A program made the translations under genes and the position numbers. This document shows positions 30,261 through 38,918 of a stretch of 64,000 bases of DNA, in pieces. The notes under the pieces were generated by a model. That model had not been told where the DNA came from and did not search any database. It saw only the letters and a list, made by a program, of their open reading frames with translations. This stretch comes from Candidatus Omnitrophota bacterium (GTDB lineage: Bacteria > Omnitrophota > Gorgyraeia > Zapsychrales > Zapsychraceae), in contig JADFXT010000003.1 in the NCBI GenBank assembly GCA_015233405.1, forward strand, positions 118,591-182,590, read 5' to 3'. Positions within the stretch are counted from its first letter, which is position 1. Every line of letters starts with the position of its first letter.

Positions 30261-31370
30261 TTATTGTTTGAGCGATTGGTAGATCTTTAACGTCTCACGG
30301 GCTGTTTTCTCAAAATTAAAATCCTGAGCGCGCTTAAATCCCTTTTGAGAAAGCTCCTCCCGATAAACCCGGTCATTTAAAACACGGACGATTTTTGCAT
30401 AAAGATCGTCGGGATTATAGGGATCAACGAGCGCCGCCGCATCCTGGGCCACTTCCGGACAAGAGGAAATTTGAGAGGTCACCACAGGCGCCCCGCAGCT
30501 AAAAGCCTCGATGATAGGAAAACCAAACCCTTCGTAAAATGACGGGAACACAAAAACTTCCGCTTCATTATATAATGCCCTGAGTTCTTCATCGGTCACA
30601 AACCCGGGGAAAAGAACCTCGGTCTCCAGCTGATATTTCTTAATGATATTAGCGATATCCTCCGAAAGCCAACCTTTCATGCCAGCGGCGACCAGCTTTC
30701 CCTTAAATAGGCCTTGGTCCTTTAATTTTGAGAACGCCACGAGAAGATTCTTTAAGTTCTTCCTGGGTTCGATCGTTCCCACGAACAGAATAAAAGGGTC
30801 TTGAATGCCTTTTAAACGAAGCAATGCCTTGGCCCTCGGCTTTTCCGACGGACTTAGCTGGTAAAACATCTGATGATCAATGCCTTGATAAATCAGCTCG
30901 ATCTTGCCTTCTTCCACAGAAAAATATTTTTTTAAGTCCGCGATGGTGTTTTGGGAACAGCAGATGATCTTTCGGGCATTCTTCACGCTAAAAGCGATCT
31001 TTCGATCCGTTTCCGCACAGGCCGTATCCGTATGCCCCTGAGGGAATGTCTTATAGATCAAATCGTGGACCGTTACGACCATCTTCGCGCCATTCACCGA
31101 AATATCGTCGGGGCTTGGCGAATGATACACATCGATCTTCCCTAAAGTTTTTTCAACACCAGCCTTAAAATGGTCGACCTTGACAAAAAAATTCTTCGCA
31201 TTGACCTTCGGCGTCCTGCGGCGCAAATGAAAAAGCGCCCGAGGAACATAAAGCAGATACCGATTTTCGGAATCAATCTTAGCCAAATGCTGAAACAAAT
31301 TCCATGTATAACGGCCAATACCGGTATAGTTACGATTGACGATAGAACGACAATGAATTCCGATTTTCAT
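30261..31370 (-). CDS. Glycosyltransferase family 4 (GT-B)
   Basis: C-terminal EGFGFPIIEAFSCGAPVVTS motif. I prefer the ATG at 31370 (MKIGIH) over the TTG at 31385. Confidence 0.85.
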   Translation of the reverse strand: MKIGIHCRSIVNRNYTGIGRYTWNLFQHLAKIDSENRYLLYVPRALFHLRRRTPKVNAKNFFVKVDHFKAGVEKTLGKIDVYHSPSPDDISVNGAKMVVTVHDLIYKTFPQGHTDTACAETDRKIAFSVKNARKIICCSQNTIADLKKYFSVEEGKIELIYQGIDHQMFYQLSPSEKPRAKALLRLKGIQDPFILFVGTIEPRKNLKNLLVAFSKLKDQGLFKGKLVAAGMKGWLSEDIANIIKKYQLETEVLFPGFVTDEELRALYNEAEVFVFPSFYEGFGFPIIEAFSCGAPVVTSQISSCPEVAQDAAALVDPYNPDDLYAKIVRVLNDRVYREELSQKGFKRAQDFNFEKTARETLKIYQSLKQ

Positions 31371-31399
31371 AAAATTATATCTCAATATAGGTTATTAAA

Positions 31400-31516
31400 A
31401 AATCCGAAACACGAAGCACAAAATACGAAACAAATCCGAAATCAGAAAATTTTAAATATTGGATTTTGCATTCTTGCTTTCCTTGTTTCGAATTTCGACA
31501 TTCGAATTTCGGATTT
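31400..31516. repeat. Palindromic intergenic element, family 2 (AAATCCGAAA / TTTCGGATTT arms)
   Basis: The 32-nt arms 31400-31431 and 31485-31516 are imperfect inverted repeats. An inner AAATCC...GGATTT pair sits at 31432-31466. The element shares the 16-mer AAATCCGAAATTCGAA with 35228-35243. Confidence 0.7.
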
Positions 31517-32690
31517 AAAGGATATTTTTGACTCGCAAAAACTCCTCGACTACTTCCGCGACGTAATCGCAGTTTTTCAGCTCAATGTCTTGATGTATGC
31601 CGATATGTGTCCCGTTATTCGAGCAATATTCCGCTTCCGGAAAATCCCCGAGCTTATATCCCATAAATGCGTAACCGGCGCACTGAGTCGGAATGGAGTA
31701 GAACAAATTCCGCGAATCAATGCCAGAGGCTTCCAGATACTGAACAAATTCATTTTTAGTAAATCCCGCGTTTTCCTTGACGATGATGGCAAACGCATGC
31801 GGACCGACTTTTTCGTGCGGTTCCTCTTTTGTATAAATAAAATATTTGCTGAACCGTTCGAATTTCTTAGAAAGATACTTTAAATTCCGCCGGCGCTTCT
31901 CCAAAATCTTCTTAAAAATAGCGACGTTGCCCAATCCGACCGCCGCCTCAAGCTCGTTCATCTTGGCGGAAAATCCTATTCTACGAAATTCAAATTTATT
32001 GACTATGCCGTGATTGCGAAGCGAGCGTAACACTTCCGCCATTTTGGGATTATTCGTAATCACAATGCCGCCTTCGATGGTCGTGATAATATGCGCGGCA
32101 TAAAGACTAAACGCCGCCATGTCGCCGATGGTCCCCAGCATCTTTCCTTTATATTCCCCGCCGTGCGCCTCAGCCGTATCCTCAATGATAAAAAGTTTGT
32201 ATTTTTTTGCGATCTGCTGAATCTTATCCATCTGGGCGGGTTTTCCCATCAAATGGACCGGCATGATCGCCCGTGTTCGTTTGGTAATGGCCGCCTCTAT
32301 TTTATCCGCGTCGATATTAAGTGTTTCGCGTTTCACGTCGACAAAGACCGGTTTAAACCCGGCCTGAAAAACCGCACTGGCTGTCGCCACAAACGTCAAG
32401 GCGGGGACAATGATCTCATCGCCACGCTGGGCGCCAAAATCATAAAGCGTTGCACACGCCAGGGCATTGGCATCCGTGCCGCTTGAAACGGCCACGGCTT
32501 CTTTGACGCCAAAGATCGCAGCGAATTTCTGTTCGAATTCCTGAACATATTTGCCGCGCGTTACCCATTTCGACTTTAGCGCTTCATTGATCAACTTGAC
32601 CGCTTTGTCGGTAATAGAAACAGTTCCAAACGGAACTTTATATTTGGCCTTGGCTGAAAATGTCGAGCTTTTATTATGATCAATCTTCAA
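31515..32690 (-). CDS. DegT-family PLP enzyme of the ColD/RfbH type (probable nucleotide-sugar 3-dehydratase); His replaces the Schiff-base Lys
   Basis: DegT-fold motifs are present, but the active-site segment reads FSLYAAHIITTIEGG (His200, codon at 32091-32093). The in-window paralog has FSFYPTKGLG at the same place. Confidence 0.7.
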   Translation of the reverse strand: MKIDHNKSSTFSAKAKYKVPFGTVSITDKAVKLINEALKSKWVTRGKYVQEFEQKFAAIFGVKEAVAVSSGTDANALACATLYDFGAQRGDEIIVPALTFVATASAVFQAGFKPVFVDVKRETLNIDADKIEAAITKRTRAIMPVHLMGKPAQMDKIQQIAKKYKLFIIEDTAEAHGGEYKGKMLGTIGDMAAFSLYAAHIITTIEGGIVITNNPKMAEVLRSLRNHGIVNKFEFRRIGFSAKMNELEAAVGLGNVAIFKKILEKRRRNLKYLSKKFERFSKYFIYTKEEPHEKVGPHAFAIIVKENAGFTKNEFVQYLEASGIDSRNLFYSIPTQCAGYAFMGYKLGDFPEAEYCSNNGTHIGIHQDIELKNCDYVAEVVEEFLRVKNIL

Positions 32691-32709
32691 TTTCGTAACT
32701 CCTTTCGTC

Positions 32710-33417
32710 CTAAAATTTCAAAACACTTTGCGCTTTTTGATAGCGCTCAGGGGTTCCGATATCGTAAAACGGCTTATCTGTGATAAAACCGAAAAACTGT
32801 TTGCCGAGAAGCGTCGGGAAAAAATTAGTCTCAAGAGAAAACCTGTCTTCCTGGGGCATGAGCTTAAAGACTTCCGACGACAAACAATAAATCCCCGCAT
32901 TCACATAAGAAGGCCCACCGACTTGCTTTTCCTTAAACGAAACAATTTCCTGATGGTCATTAAGCGTAATGCCGCCAAAATCCCTGCTGTCGTCGGTTTT
33001 TGATACGGCCAAACACGCTTGGGCATTTTTCTTTAAGAAATAATCCAAAAACTCCTCTAGATCAAGCGCGCAAAAAGAATCTCCATTGAATACGAAAAAT
33101 GGATTGCCTTTAACTAAGGGTTGGGCATTTTTGATAGCACCTCCCGTCCCGAGCGGCGTCTCTTCCCGGGAAAAAACAATATCCACGCCTGGAAAATGGC
33201 CAGCATAATGATTTTCTAAAATATCAGCTTTGTATCCCGTGCACAAGACAATATTACGGATTCCTTGGTTTTTGAGATATCCGATGAGAATATCCAAAAA
33301 CGGCTTGTCATTGACCTTTGCGAGGACTTTTGGAGCGCCTTGCGTGACCGCCTGAAGACGCTGGCCGAGCCCTCCGCACAGGATGAGTGCTGATATTTTG
33401 CTTAGGTTTTTTTCCAT
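32710..33417 (-). CDS. Sugar-1-phosphate nucleotidyltransferase (HddC-like)
   Basis: ALILCGGLGQRL, PLGTGGAI and the ~235-aa size match the HddC/short NTP-transferase family. I prefer the ATG at 33417 over the TTG at 33420. Confidence 0.75.
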   Translation of the reverse strand: MEKNLSKISALILCGGLGQRLQAVTQGAPKVLAKVNDKPFLDILIGYLKNQGIRNIVLCTGYKADILENHYAGHFPGVDIVFSREETPLGTGGAIKNAQPLVKGNPFFVFNGDSFCALDLEEFLDYFLKKNAQACLAVSKTDDSRDFGGITLNDHQEIVSFKEKQVGGPSYVNAGIYCLSSEVFKLMPQEDRFSLETNFFPTLLGKQFFGFITDKPFYDIGTPERYQKAQSVLKF

Positions 33418-35197
33418 CAAGGCTCTTTCGTTGATAAATAACCGATTTGCTCGTCGTAGCCTTCATCACATAATTCTGGGCGACAAACCAGAGCATATCG
33501 TTAAATTTGATCCTATTATTGTCGTTGAGGAAATAGACATCATTATATTTCGCGCTAAACACTTTCGGCAGAACAATATATTGCGGCGGATTTTCTTTTA
33601 AATCCGTCATCAGCTGTTGATGCCACCGATCATTAAGCCAAGACAATGTTGCCATGGGAAAACGCCCGTACACCGACCTTTGCGCTAGAAAATAAAGCGC
33701 GCCTTCTTCAGGGTACATAAAAATCCGGTCTTTATCGCTAATAAATTTTTGCATCATGGCCGTCAAGGATTCCAAGTCCTCGGCTTGAACAGCTGGAACG
33801 ACCATCCCCTGGGCTCTCAAAATCCGTAAAGGCCTTTCGACAGTCGGCGCAGCTTTCAAACAAATTTGCTGACCTAGAAGGATTTTCGTCATCGGGAATT
33901 TTTTATAATAGCGGATGAGCGCAAAGCCTAAAGAAGAGCCGATAAATAAAAACATTAAAACAGGAATGACCATTTTCCTCAGGCACAACGGAACTTCTTG
34001 CTTCGCTGGCTCAACAGTCCCAAATAAATCTGGTGTCGTCTCTCGACGGGATTTGGAGGTTTTTAATGGCAAATCCGCCGGCTGATTGAGGATGGTCTTC
34101 TCTGGACATAACGCGTGTTTGAAATCGCTCAGAAAAAAAACAAAAAATCGTTCCAAAAGATAAAACAAGATAATTTTCTCCGGCTGAAGTGCCATAAGAA
34201 ATCCGGCCCCTTCCTTATGGCCAAGTGCCAGGACAAACAAGGTCGCCCCATAACCCGCCAACGTCACTAAAATCGCGTGGTCTTTGGTAACACGATTATT
34301 TTTAAACTCCTGGTAACAAAAAATACTAAAAGCCAGATAGAGATATGCGGGCGTCAAGAATTTAAAATGCGGATTTCCCGGAATCAGCCACGCTATAAAC
34401 TCTAACGCTGTTTTAGGATATGTCCCGGGAGCCATGACCTTTGCCGCACCCAAGATAACCGTCCCCAACGAATTAAGGTAAGCGACCAACGATCCCGTGA
34501 GGATCAAATAAAAAACATACGGCAGAAAAATAAAAAGAATGCCACGGCCAAAAACGTCAAAATGTTCTCGGAAAAGTTCTCGCGAAATGATCTTGAACAT
34601 ATAGGCAAAACATAGCCCTAGAACAATCCCGACAAAAGCACAAACGCCGATCTCCCAATTTGAGAGAAATGCGCAGGCTGTGAGAATTCCCGCCGATAAC
34701 AACCACCCCTTTTTTTGTTTCTGAATATATTTTACGGCAGAGTAAACAATCCATAAGCCAAAAACATATCCCAATCCGTCTGCACAGGTAAAAATACCCT
34801 GAGGAAATGTCCTGGCAATCAAAACAACCATGCAAAGTGCATAAACAAATTTTGTCTTAAAGACATCTTTAGCGATCAAGACACAGAGCAAAAATGTCAG
34901 GACATTGCTGATATAAAAATAAAGCGAAAGCGTCGGAATATTGACCCCAAAGAATTTCATAACAAGGGCCGGCAAGTATAAGGTCAGAGGGCCATACAAA
35001 TGAAAGAAATCCCGGTAAGGCACCAGCCCTTTTAACACGGCATCTACGCCGGGAAGAAATAAGCCGTATTGATAAAGATTCATTTCCCCATTGAGATAAT
35101 TAGGGAATATGCAGATAAAGACCGTGAACAGGGCCAAGGCAAGAGCATTCCCATAAGTCGGTAAACCATAGAGCCAGTCTGTCTTTATTCTTTTCAT
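33308..35197 (-). CDS. Large polytopic membrane protein, paralog B (GT-C/ArnT-like candidate)
   Basis: Paralog of 26891-28543. The last ~38 aa (SLDGKKPKQNISTHPVRRARPASSGGHARRSKSPRKGQ) overlap the next gene out of frame and extend past the paralog's homologous end. Confidence 0.6.
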   Translation of the reverse strand: MKRIKTDWLYGLPTYGNALALALFTVFICIFPNYLNGEMNLYQYGLFLPGVDAVLKGLVPYRDFFHLYGPLTLYLPALVMKFFGVNIPTLSLYFYISNVLTFLLCVLIAKDVFKTKFVYALCMVVLIARTFPQGIFTCADGLGYVFGLWIVYSAVKYIQKQKKGWLLSAGILTACAFLSNWEIGVCAFVGIVLGLCFAYMFKIISRELFREHFDVFGRGILFIFLPYVFYLILTGSLVAYLNSLGTVILGAAKVMAPGTYPKTALEFIAWLIPGNPHFKFLTPAYLYLAFSIFCYQEFKNNRVTKDHAILVTLAGYGATLFVLALGHKEGAGFLMALQPEKIILFYLLERFFVFFLSDFKHALCPEKTILNQPADLPLKTSKSRRETTPDLFGTVEPAKQEVPLCLRKMVIPVLMFLFIGSSLGFALIRYYKKFPMTKILLGQQICLKAAPTVERPLRILRAQGMVVPAVQAEDLESLTAMMQKFISDKDRIFMYPEEGALYFLAQRSVYGRFPMATLSWLNDRWHQQLMTDLKENPPQYIVLPKVFSAKYNDVYFLNDNNRIKFNDMLWFVAQNYVMKATTSKSVIYQRKSLDGKKPKQNISTHPVRRARPASSGGHARRSKSPRKGQ

Positions 35198-35227
35198 AAG
35201 CGCATCGCCTTTAAAGCCTTAAAATCT

Positions 35228-35308
35228 AAATCCGAAATTCGAAACAAATTTTAAATTTTGAAAGCCCAAATTTTTAATTTTCGAATTTATTTCGGATTTC
35301 GAAATTCG
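35228..35308. repeat. Palindromic intergenic element, family 2
   Basis: AAATCCGAAATTCGAAAC (35228-35245) is inverted against TTTTCGAATTTATTTCGGATTT (35278-35299), followed by the CGAAATTCG palindrome. Confidence 0.65.
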
Positions 35309-35335
35309 TATTTCATATTTTCAATCTTAAAACTG

Positions 35336-36319
35336 TTACGTTGGTTGATAAAAAATAATTTGCGTCCCCAGGTTTTCAAATTTAAACGGCACAAAAAGAA
35401 GTTTTCGCAGTGTCTGCCGGACTTTCCGCTGGTTTTCCGGAGGAACGAATAACAGCATAAAGCCGCCGCCACCGGCGCCCAACAATTTTCCGCCGATTGC
35501 TCCCGATGCCCGGGCTGCTTTATAAATATCATCGATATGCGATGTTGAAATTTTGTCCGAAAGGGTTTTCTTAATGCGCCAAGATTCATGCAAAAGCTTT
35601 CCGAATCGACGGATATTGCCCTTTTGTAGAATATCTGTGGCTTCAAAGACCATGTCATACATCGCCTTAAGTTCGGCTTTTTTATTAGGGATATTTTGTA
35701 TCTGATGCGCCGCGATCGTCGAGGCGATCCGGGAAAAACCGGTGAAATACAGCATGAAATGGTTTTCCAATTCCTTGATGCGCTCCGGAGCGATGGTCAC
35801 ACTTTGCAGCTGAAAATCATTCTTTCCGTCAAACTGGATGAGATTAAGACCGCCGAACGCCGCTTGGATCTGGTCCTGACAACCGACATTTTCCCGGCAC
35901 ATATTTTGTTCAATATAGATCGCTTCCTTAGCCAATTGCCGCTTGGTCGTCATTTTTCCTTTTAAAGCATAAAGGGCATTTAAAAGCCCGACGGTAAATG
36001 AGGAACTCGACCCAAGTCCTGTGCGGGCAGGCAGATCGCCATCGTGATGGATTTCCAAGCCTTCTTTGATTTTTAAAAACCGCATAACTTCACGCACCGC
36101 CGGGTGATCAATTTCATCAATGGCTTTGATATGTTCCATTTTGGAATAAATAATACGGGACTTGTAGCCAAAAAAGGGCGGCAAATACCGGCACGTGATG
36201 TAACAATACTTATTGATGGTCGTGGCAAGAACAGCCCCCTTATTATCAGCAAACCATCCCGGATAGTCCGTGCCTCCTCCAAAAAAAGAAACGCGAAACG
36301 GTGTGCGGCTGATGATCAT
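35336..36319 (-). CDS. GHMP-family sugar kinase (HddA-like, heptose-7-phosphate kinase type)
   Basis: MIISRTPFRVSFFGGGTDYP N-terminus, GHMP motif PARTGLGSSSSF, 327 aa. Confidence 0.75.
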   Translation of the reverse strand: MIISRTPFRVSFFGGGTDYPGWFADNKGAVLATTINKYCYITCRYLPPFFGYKSRIIYSKMEHIKAIDEIDHPAVREVMRFLKIKEGLEIHHDGDLPARTGLGSSSSFTVGLLNALYALKGKMTTKRQLAKEAIYIEQNMCRENVGCQDQIQAAFGGLNLIQFDGKNDFQLQSVTIAPERIKELENHFMLYFTGFSRIASTIAAHQIQNIPNKKAELKAMYDMVFEATDILQKGNIRRFGKLLHESWRIKKTLSDKISTSHIDDIYKAARASGAIGGKLLGAGGGGFMLLFVPPENQRKVRQTLRKLLFVPFKFENLGTQIIFYQPT

Positions 36320-36353
36320 AATCGTGACTCCTTTTTATCGACGAGATTAAGTG

Positions 36354-37832
36354 CTAATCTTTCGGGTAATTGTTCCGAACAAGTTTGACCATACACATCT
36401 TTTTAATATTGTTGACCGCCTCAAGCCCAAAACGTTCTTCAATTCGCGCGAGGTATCGCGGGTCTGTAAAATAATTATCAAAAGCCTCGTCGCGGAACTT
36501 AAGGACTTGTGGGCCGGACAAATATTTGGTGGCCAGCGGTAAGCAATCTTTACTGAACTGGGAATACGCGCTCCAGCTTTTCGGAAGCGGCGTTCCCTGT
36601 TGGACGGCATCCGCATAAAGCTTCGAGCCCGGATAGGCCATGGCGCAATAAAGGTTCGCGTACGCACAATTGAGTTCCTTGGCCAGATCAAGGGTTTCCT
36701 GCATGGTTTCCATATCATCATCGGGAAGCCCGAAAATAAAATTCGAAACGACCTCAATCCCAGCGTCGTGCGTCATGGCAATGACCCGCTTGATGTCGTC
36801 TTGCGTGAATCGTCCTTTCGTCACCCCGTCGCGGACCTTTTTACTTCCAGCTTCAATCCCATAAGCAAGCCAGTTGATTCCCGCCTGCTTCATTTTTTTA
36901 AGCATATGTTCCTTGACCGAATCAATTCGTCCGTAAGCCCAAAAATTTAATTTCTCGCCCAAGCCTTTGGCAATGATCCCGTCACAAATCGCCTCCACAT
37001 GGCTCCATTTGGAGACAAACAGCTCGTCGAGAATTTTAATATTTCTCATCCCATAATGTTTAACCAAATATTCGACTTCCTCGACCACTTGCTGTGGCGG
37101 ACGATACCGAATTCCGGGCTTGCCGAAAATCGAATTGATGCAGCAAAAATCGCAATGAAATGGACAGCCTAAGCTGGTATAAATCACGGCATACGGCTGA
37201 CGCTCTTTAATGTGCGAAAAACAATGCCAATTGTGCGCGCGATACTTATCCATCGGCAAGAGATCCCACGCCGGCATGGGCAAAATCCCTAAGTCATCGA
37301 TATTTTCCGCTCGAGGATTAGAAAAAATTCTCCTATCTTTCCGGTACCAAAGTCCTTTGATGCAAAATTCATCGCCAATGTCTTTCTTTGACTTTAATGC
37401 GGCAACCAGCTCAAGATGCGTCGTAAATCCTTCGCCCTCGACAACAAAATCAGCAGCCTCTTCTTTCATCGTTTGTTCGGGCAAAGCCGAAGGGTGAAGC
37501 CCGCAAAGAACCGTTGGGATATCTTGAGCGACTTTTTTTATTTCTTGTAAAAAAAGACCGGCGCCCGGCATATTGATCGTCGAGGCTGACGGATTTGTCC
37601 CGGATACAACCACGGAAACCAAAACAGGCTTAAGCGTCACTGCACGTTCTATGGTTTCTTCAACACTTAAATTCTCCGCCTCTGCATCAATAACAGAAAC
37701 CGTGGCGCCACTTTCACGCAGATACGCGGCCATTAAAATAAGCCATAACGGCGGCTCGATCCCCGAAAAATCTTCGCTTAACGCCTGAAAGACTTTCTTT
37801 TGATTATTGGGCTTGATAAGAACGATATCCAT
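36354..37832 (-). CDS. B12-binding-domain radical SAM enzyme (class B)
   Basis: N-terminal B12-binding-like Rossmann domain, followed by the radical SAM cluster motif CPFHCDFC (CxxxCxxC). Confidence 0.8.
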   Translation of the reverse strand: MDIVLIKPNNQKKVFQALSEDFSGIEPPLWLILMAAYLRESGATVSVIDAEAENLSVEETIERAVTLKPVLVSVVVSGTNPSASTINMPGAGLFLQEIKKVAQDIPTVLCGLHPSALPEQTMKEEAADFVVEGEGFTTHLELVAALKSKKDIGDEFCIKGLWYRKDRRIFSNPRAENIDDLGILPMPAWDLLPMDKYRAHNWHCFSHIKERQPYAVIYTSLGCPFHCDFCCINSIFGKPGIRYRPPQQVVEEVEYLVKHYGMRNIKILDELFVSKWSHVEAICDGIIAKGLGEKLNFWAYGRIDSVKEHMLKKMKQAGINWLAYGIEAGSKKVRDGVTKGRFTQDDIKRVIAMTHDAGIEVVSNFIFGLPDDDMETMQETLDLAKELNCAYANLYCAMAYPGSKLYADAVQQGTPLPKSWSAYSQFSKDCLPLATKYLSGPQVLKFRDEAFDNYFTDPRYLARIEERFGLEAVNNIKKMCMVKLVRNNYPKD

Positions 37833-37859
37833 AATAAATATTCCCGTCTAAAACAAGAT

Positions 37860-37960
37860 TGTCATCCCCGCGTAAGCGGGGATCCAGTAAATGTTTTAAG
37901 ATCCTGAAACGCCACGAAATTTACCCTATATCCTGGATTCCCGCTTACGCGGGAATGACA
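37860..37960. repeat. Composite palindromic element, family 1, copy A
   Basis: TGTCATCCCCGCGTAAGCGGGGATCCAG ... 45 nt ... CTGGATTCCCGCTTACGCGGGAATGACA. Each arm is itself a hairpin. Confidence 0.85.
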
Positions 37961-37981
37961 GACAGGAGGAAAAATACTAAC

Positions 37982-38914
37982 TTAAATGTTCGCGTACTGA
38001 TTGCGCTTGATGACCTGATACCCTTTGATAAGTTCCTTAAGCCCGTCGGGTAAAGAGACCTGCGGCTTAAATCCCGTCTTCTCTATCTTTGCGTTACTAA
38101 CGATATAATCACGCTTGTCCGGGTCTTCGCCGATCGCGGATTCCACAAAATAAAAATCCGGAATCAGTTTCTTGATCTCCTCGCAGAGTTCCATCTTGCT
38201 TAAATTCGCATCGCTTAAGCCCACATTATATGGCTCATTTTTCATGGCGCTAAAATTCTTCAAACTATGGATAAACGCACGGGCCACGTCGCGGGTATGG
38301 ATATAATTACGCTTAAAATGCGCCTCAAATAAGACGACATAACGATCATAAACAGCGCGGTACGTAAAATCGTTGACCAAAAGGTCGAGGCGCATCCGCG
38401 GGCTTATGCCGAAGGCTGTTGCCAGACGAAGCGTAATGGCATTACCTGACGATAAAAGGGCATTCTCGGCGTCAACTTTAAGCTTGCCGTATAAAGAGAT
38501 CGGCCTTAAAGGGGTTTCTTCCGTACAGAATTTTCCTTTTTCTCCTATACCATAACCGCTATTGGTCGTCGGAAAAATGATCATCTGGTCCTTGCTGCGC
38601 AACTTTAAGATCATTTCAATAGCGCCGAGCAAGATTGCCTGGGCGGCCTCAGGCTCTTTTTTACACAAGGGCGCACCGGTCAAACACGCTAACGGAAAAA
38701 TCGCATCGGCATTCTTTATGAGGCGCGCCAAAAGTTCTTTATCCCGCGTGTCTCCTCGGATGATCGTCAATTTTGGGTCATAGCAGCAGTCCAATAAAGA
38801 CGATTGATTGTACATAAAATTATCCAATACCGTCACTGTATGATTTTCTTTTAAAAGTTCCGGCACCATCACTGACCCTAAATACCCTGCCCCACCTGTC
38901 ACTAAAATGTTCAT
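37982..38914 (-). CDS. NAD(P)-dependent sugar epimerase/dehydratase/reductase (extended SDR)
   Basis: VTGGAGYLGS Rossmann motif and YGKLK catalytic pair, 310 aa. Confidence 0.75.
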   Translation of the reverse strand: MNILVTGGAGYLGSVMVPELLKENHTVTVLDNFMYNQSSLLDCCYDPKLTIIRGDTRDKELLARLIKNADAIFPLACLTGAPLCKKEPEAAQAILLGAIEMILKLRSKDQMIIFPTTNSGYGIGEKGKFCTEETPLRPISLYGKLKVDAENALLSSGNAITLRLATAFGISPRMRLDLLVNDFTYRAVYDRYVVLFEAHFKRNYIHTRDVARAFIHSLKNFSAMKNEPYNVGLSDANLSKMELCEEIKKLIPDFYFVESAIGEDPDKRDYIVSNAKIEKTGFKPQVSLPDGLKELIKGYQVIKRNQYANI

Positions 38915-38918
38915 TGCA

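Noticed and set aside
31170-31883. 237-aa plus-strand ORF spanning the GT4 start, a repeat element and the ColD-like 3' end
   Set aside because: It crosses an intergenic palindromic repeat and is antisense to two well-supported genes.
35287-35658. 123-aa minus-strand ORF overlapping the 3' end of the HddA-like gene
   Set aside because: It is an alternative frame of a gene with clear GHMP motifs, and it extends into the family-2 repeat.
36347-36757. 136-aa minus-strand ORF overlapping the radical SAM gene 3' end
   Set aside because: It is an alternative frame of a well-supported 492-aa gene, with Arg/Pro-rich composition.
37859-38053. 64-aa plus-strand ORF (MSSPRKRGSS...WIPAYAGMT)
   Set aside because: It is the translation of family-1 palindromic repeat copy A. 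The same peptide words recur at copy B (ORF 55291-55566), so the nucleotide repeat explains them, not a protein family.
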